Below, one piece after another: positions 47,043-56,423 of a stretch of 64,000 nt of DNA. Source of the stretch: Thermoanaerobaculia bacterium (lineage in GTDB: Bacteria > Acidobacteriota > Thermoanaerobaculia > Multivoradales > Multivoraceae). The translations under genes were made by a program, and so were the position numbers. The stretch lies in contig OY762911.1 of assembly GCA_963666565.1 (NCBI GenBank), positions 1,248,001 through 1,312,000 on the forward strand, read 5' to 3'. Numbering within the stretch: the first letter of the stretch is position 1; each line of letters begins with the position of its first letter. The notes below the pieces were generated by a model, which saw only the letters and a list, made by a program, of their open reading frames with translations, was not told the origin of the DNA and made no database searches.

Positions 47043-48611
47043 TTGAACCGCCTCGATTCCGACCTGCCGGCCGGCACCTACACCGTCTCCGAGTTCGCCT
47101 GGGAGATGAAGGGACTGCTCGCCGACGCGTACCCGGCGGTCTGGGTCGCGGGCGAGGTCCAGCGACTGCGGCCGGCGGCCAGGGGCCAGCTCTACTTCGA
47201 GATGATCGAGAAGGGCCGCGGCGACCGCATCCAGGCGAAGCTCGACTGCGTGCTCTGGTCCGACGAGCGCGCCGTCATCGAGGCGGAACTGCGCGAGGCC
47301 GGCGTCGAACTGGCCGAGGGCGCCGTGCTGCGTTGCTGCGGCCGTCCCGAGTTCTGGCCCGGCGGCGGCCGGCTCCAGTTCACGGTCCGCGAGGTCGATC
47401 CGCTCTTCTCGCTCGGCGCGCTCGAGAAGCGGCGCCGCGAGACGCTGCGGGCGCTGGAGGCCGAGGGCCTGCTGGAGCGCAACAAGAAGCTGCCGCTGCC
47501 GCCGGCGCCGCTCGAGATCGGGCTCGTCACGTCCGAGGGCAGCGCCGCCTACCACGACTTTCTCGACACCCTGCTCAACTCCGGCCTGGGCTTTCGCGTG
47601 CGTCTCGTCCATTCGGCGGTCCAGGGAGCGGCGGCCGAGGCCGAGATCGCCCGCGCCTTCGACCTGCTCGGCGCCTTCGCGGGCGGCGGCCGCCGGCTCG
47701 ATGCGATCGCGCTGATCCGGGGCGGCGGCTCGCGCTCCGACCTGGCTACCTTCGACAGTCGACGGGTGGCGCGCGCGGTGGCCCGGTCTCGCGTGCCGGT
47801 CGTCTGCGGCATCGGCCACCAGATCGACGTGTCGATCGCCGACGTCGTCGCCCACACCTCCTGCAAGACGCCCACGGAGGCGGCCGAGTTCCTGGTCGGC
47901 CGCGTCGAGGAGGCCGCCTGGCGCGTCGAGGAGGCGCAACGGGAACTCCTGGCCCGGGCGACGCGCGTCCTGGAGGGAGCGGCCCGGCGCGTGGAGATCG
48001 TGGCGCCGCGCTTCTCCTCTCCGGTGCGCGCGCTGCTGCTGCGAGGCGCCGACGCCTGCTCCGCGCTGGAGCGGGGCCTCGCCCGGGCGGGACGAGTCGC
48101 CCTGGCCGGGGCCGAGCGTTCGCTGCGGGACGTTCGGCGGTCGCTCGGCAGGCAGGCCGTCGTTCCCGCCGTCCGCGCGAGCGACCGTCTGCTGGGGGTG
48201 GCGACCCGGTTGCCCGCCGCAAGCCGGCGCCACCTGACGGATGCGAGCCGGAGGGAACGCGCCCTCCGGCCCCGGTTGCGGCCTGCCGCCGACCGGGTGC
48301 TGCGCCGGTCGGCGGAGCACGTCGCCGCGGCGGCGCGCCTCTGCGATCAACTGGCGCCGGAGCGGACGCTCGCCCGCGGCTTCAGCGTGACCCGGCGGGC
48401 CGACGGCGCCCTGGTGCGCAGCATCGGCGAGGTCGCTCCGGGCGCGGAACTGCGGACCCGCCTTGCCGACGGCCTGATCGCGAGCCGGGTCGACCGGGTG
48501 GACGGACGCGGCGGTCCCGGCGACGGGGCCGACGGCCTGGACGCCGGATCGGGGAAGATGGGCGCGCCGGGCGCGGTCGAGGACGGGGCGGCGGCGAAGG
48601 AGACGAGATGA
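47043..48611 (+). CDS. xseA: exodeoxyribonuclease VII large subunit
   Basis: VWVAGEV, IGLVTS.GSAAYHD, IRGGGSRSDL, GIGHQID, KTPTEAAE, TLARGFSV. Confidence 0.95.
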   Translation: MNRLDSDLPAGTYTVSEFAWEMKGLLADAYPAVWVAGEVQRLRPAARGQLYFEMIEKGRGDRIQAKLDCVLWSDERAVIEAELREAGVELAEGAVLRCCGRPEFWPGGGRLQFTVREVDPLFSLGALEKRRRETLRALEAEGLLERNKKLPLPPAPLEIGLVTSEGSAAYHDFLDTLLNSGLGFRVRLVHSAVQGAAAEAEIARAFDLLGAFAGGGRRLDAIALIRGGGSRSDLATFDSRRVARAVARSRVPVVCGIGHQIDVSIADVVAHTSCKTPTEAAEFLVGRVEEAAWRVEEAQRELLARATRVLEGAARRVEIVAPRFSSPVRALLLRGADACSALERGLARAGRVALAGAERSLRDVRRSLGRQAVVPAVRASDRLLGVATRLPAASRRHLTDASRRERALRPRLRPAADRVLRRSAEHVAAAARLCDQLAPERTLARGFSVTRRADGALVRSIGEVAPGAELRTRLADGLIASRVDRVDGRGGPGDGADGLDAGSGKMGAPGAVEDGAAAKETR

Positions 48612-48997
48612 GTTCGACGGAACGGGGCGCGGCCCCCGAGATGAGCTTCAGCGAGGCCATGCAAGAACTGGAGGCGGTGCTTCGCCGCATCGAGGGCGAG
48701 GAGATCGACATCGACCGGCTTGGCGCGGAGCTGGGGCGGGCCGCGAAGCTGCTGGAGATCTGCCGCGGGAAGATTCGCCGAGCCGAAGTCGAGGTCCGGC
48801 AGATCGTGGAGCAGATCGAGGAGGACGCGCCCGGCTCGACGGACGCGGCCGCTGGCGCCGGCGGGGCCGTCGGCGCTGCCGGGCCCGAGTCTTCCGCCGC
48901 GCCCGGCTCGACCGGTGCTTCCGCCGACGCCGCCGGGGCCGAGGCTCCCGCGGCGCGGCTCGCGTCCGCGGACGAGCAGGACGACATCCCCTTCTGA
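48608..48997 (+). CDS. xseB: exodeoxyribonuclease VII small subunit with long C-terminal tail
   Basis: SFSEAMQELEAVLRRIE...IDIDRL...CRGKIRRAEVEV; ATGA coupling to xseA. Confidence 0.9.
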   Translation: MSSTERGAAPEMSFSEAMQELEAVLRRIEGEEIDIDRLGAELGRAAKLLEICRGKIRRAEVEVRQIVEQIEEDAPGSTDAAAGAGGAVGAAGPESSAAPGSTGASADAAGAEAPAARLASADEQDDIPF

Positions 48998-49842
48998 TGT
49001 TCGAGCGCCAGAAAACGGGCTCCGTCGTCTGCCCCGGCTGCGGCCGGCTGGTCGGCGTGCAGGACGAGCGCTGCTGGAACTGCGGCCAGGCGCGGCCCAG
49101 CATGTTCGGGTTCGCGCGGGCCCTGCAGCGCCTGGGCAACGAGGCGGCGTTTCCGACCGTGGTGATCGGCATCTGCGTCGTGATCTACGTGCTGGAACTC
49201 CTGATGGCGCCGGGCCAGGTCAACACGCAGGTCGGATTCGGCTTCCTGGCGCCGGACCTGGAGATCGGCGTCCGCTTCGGCGCCAGCGGCGCCCTGCTCG
49301 TCTTCGACTACGGCCGCTGGTGGACGATCCTGAGCGCCGGCTGGCTGCACGGCGGCCTGCTGCACATCGCCTTCAACATGTACTGGGTGTACCAGCTCGG
49401 CCCGATCGTCGCCCGGCTCTACGGCGTGCCCCGCGCGGCGATCCTCTACCTCCTGTCCTCGGCGACGGGCTTCCTGGTGACCAGCGCGATGCCGGTGATG
49501 GCGCCGTGGATGCCGTTCGCCAACCGCAACAGCATCACCCTCGGCGCTTCGGCGGCGGTGTTCGGCTGGCTTGGGGCGCTGCTCTGCTACTCCCGGCAGA
49601 GCGGCGGGCGCATGTTCATGAGGCAGGTGCTGGGGATGGCCATCCCGCTGGTGCTGTTCGGGCTGCTGATTCCCGGCATCGACAACTGGGCGCATCTCGG
49701 CGGGCTGGCCGGGGGCTACCTGCTGGCGAGCCGGTACGGCCCCAACACGGAGGAGCGGCCCGGGCAGGTACTCGCCGCCCTCGCGCTGCTCGCCGTGTCG
49801 CTGCTGGCGGTGCCGCTGTCGATCGTCTCCTGGGCGTTCTGA
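48997..49842 (+). CDS. rhomboid intramembrane protease with N-terminal zinc ribbon
   Basis: CPGC...CWNC; WLHGGLLHIAFNM; GASAAVFG; NWAHLGG. Confidence 0.9.
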   Translation: MFERQKTGSVVCPGCGRLVGVQDERCWNCGQARPSMFGFARALQRLGNEAAFPTVVIGICVVIYVLELLMAPGQVNTQVGFGFLAPDLEIGVRFGASGALLVFDYGRWWTILSAGWLHGGLLHIAFNMYWVYQLGPIVARLYGVPRAAILYLLSSATGFLVTSAMPVMAPWMPFANRNSITLGASAAVFGWLGALLCYSRQSGGRMFMRQVLGMAIPLVLFGLLIPGIDNWAHLGGLAGGYLLASRYGPNTEERPGQVLAALALLAVSLLAVPLSIVSWAF

Positions 49843-49877
49843 CCGGCCGGGAGTACGAGCATCCTCAAGGCCGTCTG

Positions 49878-49976
49878 CCGGGTGCGCGGGGGGCTGGCCG
49901 CCTGCTGGGTGCGCGGGTCCTCTGACCCGCTCCCGCCGAGGGCGGCCGGAAGAACGCGCCGGCCACAGGCCGGCGA
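49878..49976 (+). repeat. REP-like family 1 element with a partial upstream copy
   Basis: GCTGGGTGC-GCGGGTC-CTCT-GACCCGC-TCCCGCCGAGGGCGGCCGGAAG. Confidence 0.8.
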
Positions 49977-50001
49977 CGATCTTGGCGTCGCCGCCGCGGC
50001 C

Positions 50002-50040
50002 GACGAATAACTTTTCGCCAAAGTGGTGTACTATTCGCCA
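50002..50040 (+). promoter_or_regulatory. arg operon promoter with putative tandem ARG boxes
   Basis: CGAATAACTTTTCG (50004-17) and TGGTGTACTATTCG (50024-37), 20 bp apart; -10 TACTAT 50029-34; argR is in the operon. Confidence 0.55.
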
Positions 50041-50044
50041 CCTT

Positions 50045-51088
50045 GTGATTCGAACTGCGATCGCCGGGGCGTCCGGCTACAGTGGAGCGGAACTCGTCCG
50101 GTGGCTGCACGGCCACCCGGAGGTGGAGCTTGGCGCGCTCGCGGCGGGCCGCCAGGCCGGCCGCCCCGCCAGCGACGTCTTCCCGCACCTCGGCGCCGCC
50201 GTCGCCGCCGACCTGGTGGCGGCGGACTGGGATCGCCTGGGCGACGCCGCCGACGTCGTCTTCCTGGCCCTGCCGCACGGCGAGGCGCTCGGCGCGGCGG
50301 GCCGGCTGCTGGAGGCGGGCGCGCGCGTCATCGACATCGGCGCCGACTTCCGGCTCCGCAGCCCGGCGGCCTACCGGCGCTGGTACGGCGGCGAACACAC
50401 GGCGACGGATCTCCTCGTCGAAGCGGTGTACGGCCTGACGGAGTGGCGCCGCTCCGCCGTCGCCGGCGCGCGCCTGGTCGCGAATCCGGGCTGCTATCCG
50501 ACCGCCTCGGCCCTGGCGCTCAAGCCGCTGTTCGAGCGGTTCGGCGACCGGGTTGCCGGCGCGGTGGTGATCGACGCGAAGTCCGGCGTCTCCGGCGCGG
50601 GCAGGAACCCGCGCGACGGCTACCAGTACTCGGAGCTGAACGAGAACCTGAAGCCCTACGGCTCGGGCGTCCATCGCCACCAGCCCGAGATCGAGCAGGA
50701 GCTGGCTGCCGGCGGCGGAGAAACACCGCGGGTCTTCTTCTCGCCCCACCTCGTGCCGATGACCCGCGGCATCCTCGCCGCCTGCTACGTGCCGATGACC
50801 GGGCCGCCGAGCCGCGACGAGCTCGAAGCGGCCTACCTCGATCGCTATGCCAGCGAACCCTTCGTGCGGGTGCTGACCGGTTCGGCGCTGCCCCAGACGA
50901 AGGCCACCCTGGGCGCCAACTACTGCGACCTCGCCGTCCGCGTCGATGCCGAACGCGGGCTCGCGATCGTGTTCGCGGCGCTCGACAACCTCGTCAAGGG
51001 AGCCGCCGGCCAGGCGGTGCAGAACATGAACGTGATGTTCAATCTCGAAGAAACGACAGGCCTCTCGGCCGTGCCGGTGTTCCCGTGA
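50045..51088 (+). CDS. argC: N-acetyl-gamma-glutamyl-phosphate reductase
   Basis: GASGYSG, ANPGCYPT, SGVSGAGR, HRHQPEI, DNLVKGAAGQA. Confidence 0.96.
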   Translation: MIRTAIAGASGYSGAELVRWLHGHPEVELGALAAGRQAGRPASDVFPHLGAAVAADLVAADWDRLGDAADVVFLALPHGEALGAAGRLLEAGARVIDIGADFRLRSPAAYRRWYGGEHTATDLLVEAVYGLTEWRRSAVAGARLVANPGCYPTASALALKPLFERFGDRVAGAVVIDAKSGVSGAGRNPRDGYQYSELNENLKPYGSGVHRHQPEIEQELAAGGGETPRVFFSPHLVPMTRGILAACYVPMTGPPSRDELEAAYLDRYASEPFVRVLTGSALPQTKATLGANYCDLAVRVDAERGLAIVFAALDNLVKGAAGQAVQNMNVMFNLEETTGLSAVPVFP

Positions 51089-52287
51089 GCTGCGGCGTCA
51101 CCGCCCCGCGGGGGTTCGTCGCCGCGGGCGTCCATTGCGGCCTGAAGAAGAGGCGGCTCGACCTCTCGATCGTGGCCTCGACCGCCAGCGAACCGTCGGC
51201 CATGGCGGCCGTGTTCACGCGCAACCAGGTCCAGGCGGCGCCCCTGCTGTACTGCCGCGAGGTGGCGGCCGGCGGCCGGGCGCGTGCGATCGTGGCGAAC
51301 AGCGGCAACGCGAACGCCTGCACCGGCGAGCCGGGCCTGGCCGACGCGCGCGCGATGGCGGAGCGCGCCGGCGCGGCCCTCGGCATGGACCCGGCACACG
51401 TCCTCGTGGCCTCGACCGGCGTGATCGGCGTCCCCCTGCCGATGCCGACCGTCCTCGCCGGCATCGACCGGGCGGCGGCCGAACTCGGGACCGGCGGCGG
51501 CGTGGCGGCGGCCGAGGGAATCCTGACGACGGACACCCGGCCGAAGATCAAGGTCGAGAAGGTCGTCCTCGCCGGCGGCGAGGTGACGATCGGCGGCATC
51601 GCCAAGGGCGCCGGGATGATGGCGCCGGACCTGGCGACCACGCTCGCCTTCGTCACCACGGACGCGAAGGCCTCGCCGGAGGCGCTCGACCGGGCGCTGC
51701 GGACGGCGGTGGAGCCGACCTTCAACAGCGTCACCGTCGACGGCGACACGAGCACGAACGACTGCGTCCTGATGCTCGCCAACGGCGCCGCCGGCGTCGA
51801 GGCGGAGTCCGCGGACGACCTGGACCGCTTCACCGCCGGGCTGCAGCGCGTCCTCGGCCGGCTCGCGGTCGCTCTGGTCGCCGACGCGGAGGGCGCGAAC
51901 CGCGTGATCGAGGTTCGGGTGAAGGGCGCCCGCACCGACGCGGCGGCCCGGCAGGTCGCGAACACGATCGCCAACTCGCCCCTGGTCAAGACGGCCTACC
52001 GCTCCGGCCAGCCGAACTGGGGCCGGTTCATGGGGGCGATCGGCCGCGCGGGAGTCGACATCGTCGAACAGCGGATCGGCATCTCCGTGCTGGCCGAGGG
52101 TGAGCGGGTCGAGGTGGTGCGCGGCGGCCTGGGCGCGTCCGACAACCTCGAGGGTCTGGCGCGGACGATGCTCGCGGACCACACGGTGCTCGAGGTCGAT
52201 CTCGGCCTCGGCGCCGGCCGCTGGACGGTCTGGACCTGCGACCTGTCCGAGGGCTACATCGAGATCAACGCCAGCTACATCAGTTGA
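51085..52287 (+). CDS. argJ: ornithine acetyltransferase
   Basis: NSGNANACTG, STGVIG, KGAGMMAPDLATTL, DGDTSTND, DAEGA. Confidence 0.96.
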   Translation: MSCGVTAPRGFVAAGVHCGLKKRRLDLSIVASTASEPSAMAAVFTRNQVQAAPLLYCREVAAGGRARAIVANSGNANACTGEPGLADARAMAERAGAALGMDPAHVLVASTGVIGVPLPMPTVLAGIDRAAAELGTGGGVAAAEGILTTDTRPKIKVEKVVLAGGEVTIGGIAKGAGMMAPDLATTLAFVTTDAKASPEALDRALRTAVEPTFNSVTVDGDTSTNDCVLMLANGAAGVEAESADDLDRFTAGLQRVLGRLAVALVADAEGANRVIEVRVKGARTDAAARQVANTIANSPLVKTAYRSGQPNWGRFMGAIGRAGVDIVEQRIGISVLAEGERVEVVRGGLGASDNLEGLARTMLADHTVLEVDLGLGAGRWTVWTCDLSEGYIEINASYIS

Positions 52288-52303
52288 GAGGACGAAGCGG
52301 ACG

Positions 52304-53173
52304 ATGAAGACGGACCGGGACCTCGGCCAGGAGATGGCGGCGGCGCTGCGCTACGCCTCGGCGTGGCGCGGCAAGCGCGTCGTCGTCAAGTACGGCGGCC
52401 GGGCGATGGCGGGCGACGAGTTCGGCACCCTGATCGAGGACCTGGTGCTGCTGCGGAACGCCGGCTTGCGGCCGATGCTGGTCCACGGCGGCGGCGCCGA
52501 GATCTCGACGACTCTCCAGACGATGGGGATTACGCCGCGCTTCGTCGACGGCCTGCGGGTGACCGACAGGGACACGATGCGGGTGGTCGAGATGGTCCTC
52601 GGCGGTTCCGTGAACAAGCGGCTGGTGGGAATGATCCAGCGCGCCGGCGGCCGCGCCGTCGGCCTGACCGGCAAGGACGGCGACCTGCTCCGGGTGCGGC
52701 CCCACCCGAAGGCGGACGAGCTCGGCTTCGTCGGCGAGATCGAGAAGGTCGACACGTCGCTGCTGGACCAGCTCGCGAACGCCGGCTACGTGCCGGTGAT
52801 CGGCTCGCTCGGCGTCGGCCCGGGCGGCGACACCTACAACGTCAACGCCGACACGGCCGCGGCGGCGCTGGCCGCGGAGGTGGCGGCCGAGAAGCTGCTG
52901 TTGCTGACCGACGTGCGCGGGATCAGCGACAACGGCAGGTTCCGGTCGCGGCTGACCCCGGCCGAGGCGCTGCAACTGATCGACTCCGGCGTCGTCTCCG
53001 CCGGAATGGTGCCGAAGGTGCGGGCGTGCCTCAGCGCGCTCGAAGCCGGAGTCGGCAGCGCGCACATCGTCGCCGCGGGCGAGCCGCACGGTCTGCTGGT
53101 CGAGCTCTTCACCGAGGGCGGCATCGGCACGATGATCAAGCAACCTCCAACCCAGGGAGCAACCCGGCCATGA
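52304..53173 (+). CDS. argB: acetylglutamate kinase
   Basis: VVKYGG, VHGGG, GLRVTD, NVNAD, GMVPKV. Confidence 0.96.
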   Translation: MKTDRDLGQEMAAALRYASAWRGKRVVVKYGGRAMAGDEFGTLIEDLVLLRNAGLRPMLVHGGGAEISTTLQTMGITPRFVDGLRVTDRDTMRVVEMVLGGSVNKRLVGMIQRAGGRAVGLTGKDGDLLRVRPHPKADELGFVGEIEKVDTSLLDQLANAGYVPVIGSLGVGPGGDTYNVNADTAAAALAAEVAAEKLLLLTDVRGISDNGRFRSRLTPAEALQLIDSGVVSAGMVPKVRACLSALEAGVGSAHIVAAGEPHGLLVELFTEGGIGTMIKQPPTQGATRP

Positions 53174-54348
53174 CCGAAGAGAGCCTGTTCGCGAACTACA
53201 TGCGGGCGCCGGTGGCGTTCAGCCACGGCGACGGCGCGCGCCTCTGGGACACGAAGGGCCGCGAAGTCCTGGACTTCATGGGCGGCATCGCGGTGTCGTC
53301 CCTGGGTCACAACCACCCGGCGCTGACCGACGCGATCAAGCGTCAGGCGGGCCGTTACCTGCACGTCTCGAACCTCTACCGGATTCCGGAGCAGGAACGG
53401 GCGGGCCGGCGCCTGGTGGAGGCGACGGGCGGCCTGCTCGACCGCGCCTTCTTCTGCAACAGTGGCGCGGAGGCCGTCGAGGCGGCGATCAAGTTGGCGC
53501 GCCGCCACGCGTACGACCGCGACGGCTCGGGCGAACGGCACAAGATCGTGACCGCCGAGGGCGGCTTTCACGGCCGCACGCTCGGGGCGCTCGCGGCGAC
53601 CGGCACGCCCGCCTACCAGGTCGGCTTCGAGCCGTTGCCCGGGGGTTTCGCCGCCGTTCCGTTCGGCGACCTGGAGGCTGCCGTGGCCGAGATCGACGAC
53701 GCGACCTGCGCCGTGCTCGTCGAGCCGATCCAGGGCGAGGCCGGCGTGATCGAACCGCCGGACGGCTACCTCGAGGGACTACAGGCGCTCTGCCGCGAGC
53801 GCGGCGCCCTGTTCGTGCTGGACGAAGTGCAGACCGGCATCGGCCGCCTCGGCAGCGCTTTCGGCTTCCAGCACTACGGCCTCGAACCGGACGCGATCAC
53901 CCTCGCCAAGGGCCTGGGCGGCGGCGTGCCGGTGGGCGCGGTGCTGGCGCGGGAAGAGGTCGCGGCGGCGTTCGTGCCCGGCACTCACGGCACCACCTTC
54001 GGCGGCAATCCGCTGGCCTGCGCGGCGGCGAGCGCCGTGCTCGACACGGTGCTCGACACGGGCTTCCTGGAGCGCGTGACGCGGGCGGGCGAGTACCTGC
54101 GCGCGTTGCTCGGACAGCTCGGCGCCGGCGGGCTGGTCACGGAGGTGCGCGGCCAGGGCCTGATGGTCGCGATCGAGTGTACGCCGCCGGCGGCCGATGT
54201 CGCCTCCCGCTGCCTGGAGAACGGCCTGATCGTCCAGGCGCCGCGGCCGCACAGCATCCGCATGCTGCCGCCGCTGGTGGTCCACGACCCGGAGATCGAG
54301 CGGGCGGTCGGGATCCTCGGCCACGCGCTGGAGGAGGCCGCGGCCTGA
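53170..54348 (+). CDS. argD: acetylornithine aminotransferase
   Basis: CNSGAEAVE, FHGRT, EPIQGEAG, DEVQTG, LAKGLGGG, HGTTFGGNP. Confidence 0.93.
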   Translation: MTEESLFANYMRAPVAFSHGDGARLWDTKGREVLDFMGGIAVSSLGHNHPALTDAIKRQAGRYLHVSNLYRIPEQERAGRRLVEATGGLLDRAFFCNSGAEAVEAAIKLARRHAYDRDGSGERHKIVTAEGGFHGRTLGALAATGTPAYQVGFEPLPGGFAAVPFGDLEAAVAEIDDATCAVLVEPIQGEAGVIEPPDGYLEGLQALCRERGALFVLDEVQTGIGRLGSAFGFQHYGLEPDAITLAKGLGGGVPVGAVLAREEVAAAFVPGTHGTTFGGNPLACAAASAVLDTVLDTGFLERVTRAGEYLRALLGQLGAGGLVTEVRGQGLMVAIECTPPAADVASRCLENGLIVQAPRPHSIRMLPPLVVHDPEIERAVGILGHALEEAAA

Positions 54349-54448
54349 GCCCGGCGAGGGTGCGACGGAGAACGGCGAAGGACGGCGAACGACAGCGGAG
54401 GAAGGCGGCCGGGAAGGCGACGGGCCGGACTCGCGACCAGGAGCACGG

Positions 54449-55963
54449 ATGTCGGACACGAAACACGATCGGCCGGAAGCAGGCGGGGGTTCCGCGTCGG
54501 CGGGCCGGCTCTGGGGCGGGGCGTTCGCGTCGGAGGTCGACCCGGTCGTCGACGCCTACACGCGGTCGCTGCCGTTCGACCGCCGGCTCGCGGCCGCGGA
54601 CCTCGTCGGCTCGCTGGCGCATGCCCGGATGCTGTTCGAGACCGGGGTGGTCGACCGGGAGTCGTCCGCGGCCATCCTCGCCGGCCTGAGTTCCATTCTC
54701 CGACGGGTCGAGGCGGGCGAGCTTGCGGTTGGCGGCGCGGACGAGGACGTCCACACCTGGATCGAGCGTCAACTCACCGAGGAGATCGGCGACGCCGGGC
54801 GGCGCCTGCACACCGCCCGCAGCCGCAACGACCAGACGGCGGCGGCCTTCCGGCTGTGGCAGCGGGCGGAGGCGGAGCGCGCGGTCGGCGCCGCCCTGGG
54901 GCTGGTCGAGGCCCTGCTCGCCCAGGCGCGGGAGCACGTGGAGACCGCGCTTCCGGGCTACACCCACATGCAGCGGGCGCAGCCGACGACGCTGGCGCAG
55001 CACCTGCTGGCCCATGCCTGGTCCGTCCTGGCCGACGCGGGAAGGCTGCGGCGGGCGCACCGGTCGGCGGGCCTGAGTCCGCTCGGCGCCGGGGCGATGG
55101 CCGGATCGCCGCACCGGATCGACCCGGTCCGCAGCGCCGAACTGCTCGGCATGGACGCCGCCTACCCGAACAGCATGTGGGCGGTGGCCGACCGCGACTA
55201 CGTCGCCGAGGCGCTCTTCGCCTGCGCGCTCGCGATGGTCCACCTGTCGCGCTGGGCCGAGGAGGTGGTGCTCTGGACCTCGAGCGAGTTCGGCTTCGCG
55301 CGGCTGCAGGACCGGGCCGCCAAGGGCTCGAGCATCATGCCGCAGAAGAAGAACCCGGAGCCGGCGGAGATCCTGCGCGGCAAGTCGGGCCGCGCGGTCG
55401 GCGACCTGGTGTCGCTGCTGGTGACGGTCAAGGGCCTGCCGCTGACCTACAACAGCGACCTGCAGGAGGACAAGGAGGCGCTGTTCGACGCCTTCGACAC
55501 GGCGACCGCTTCGTTCGAGGTGGCGCGGGTGCTGGGCGAGAGCCTGGAGTTCGACCGCGAGGCGATGGCGGCGGCGCTGGAGGGCGCCTACATCACCGCC
55601 ACCGACCTGGCCGATCTGCTGGCGGCCGCCGGGGTGCCGTTCCGCAGCGCCCACGAGCGGACCGGCGCGGTGGTCCGGGCGGCCGGCGAACGGGGCGTCG
55701 AGCTGTGGCAGCTTGCGGCGTCGGATCTGGAGGAACTCGTGCCGGAGATCGAGGACCGGGAGAGTCTGCTGGCCGCGCTGCGCCCGGAAGCGTCGCTGGC
55801 GGCTCACCGGAGCTACGGCGGCCCGGCGCCGGAGCGGGTCCGCGAGCAGATCGAGGAGATCGGCGAGCGGCTCGCGGCCGAACGGCGATGGCTGGAGGCG
55901 CAGGAACCGCCGCCCATCTACCGGGTCCACCTGAAGGGCGAACTGCTGCGGGACGTTCCGTGA
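54449..55963 (+). CDS. argH: argininosuccinate lyase
   Basis: LWGGAF, LHTARSRNDQ, PGYTHMQ, GSSIMPQKKNP, YNSDLQEDK. Confidence 0.96.
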   Translation: MSDTKHDRPEAGGGSASAGRLWGGAFASEVDPVVDAYTRSLPFDRRLAAADLVGSLAHARMLFETGVVDRESSAAILAGLSSILRRVEAGELAVGGADEDVHTWIERQLTEEIGDAGRRLHTARSRNDQTAAAFRLWQRAEAERAVGAALGLVEALLAQAREHVETALPGYTHMQRAQPTTLAQHLLAHAWSVLADAGRLRRAHRSAGLSPLGAGAMAGSPHRIDPVRSAELLGMDAAYPNSMWAVADRDYVAEALFACALAMVHLSRWAEEVVLWTSSEFGFARLQDRAAKGSSIMPQKKNPEPAEILRGKSGRAVGDLVSLLVTVKGLPLTYNSDLQEDKEALFDAFDTATASFEVARVLGESLEFDREAMAAALEGAYITATDLADLLAAAGVPFRSAHERTGAVVRAAGERGVELWQLAASDLEELVPEIEDRESLLAALRPEASLAAHRSYGGPAPERVREQIEEIGERLAAERRWLEAQEPPPIYRVHLKGELLRDVP

Positions 55964-56409
55964 GCACGGCGACCCGGCAGGGCGCCATCCTCGACATCAT
56001 CGGCCGGCGGCCGGTGTCGAGCCAGCAGGAGTTGGTGCGCGCCCTCGACCGGCGCGGCTTCCAGGTGTCCCAGGCCACCGTGTCGCGCGACGTGCGCCGG
56101 CTCGGCCTGTTGAAGGTGCCCCTGGCGGGCGGCGGCGCCCGTTACGCGCCGGCGGACCAGGCCTCCGGCCCGGTCCGCCACGACGTCGAGCGCGCCATGC
56201 GGCAGTTCGTCACCGGCGTCGGCGAAGGCGAGGCGCTCCTCGTCCTGAAGACCCGCAGCGGCAACGCGAACGCCCTCGCCGTCGTGATCGACCGGGCCGA
56301 CTGGCCCGAAGTCGCCGGCACCATCGCCGGCGACGACACGGTCCTCCTGGTGCTGCGGAGCGTCACCGCACGAGACCGCATCCGCGAGTCCCTCGCGGCA
56401 CTGCTCTGA
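55960..56409 (+). CDS. argR: arginine repressor
   Basis: SQQELV, VSQATVSRD, GTIAGDDT. Confidence 0.95.
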   Translation: MSTATRQGAILDIIGRRPVSSQQELVRALDRRGFQVSQATVSRDVRRLGLLKVPLAGGGARYAPADQASGPVRHDVERAMRQFVTGVGEGEALLVLKTRSGNANALAVVIDRADWPEVAGTIAGDDTVLLVLRSVTARDRIRESLAALL

Positions 56410-56423
56410 CCGGGCGCATGCGA

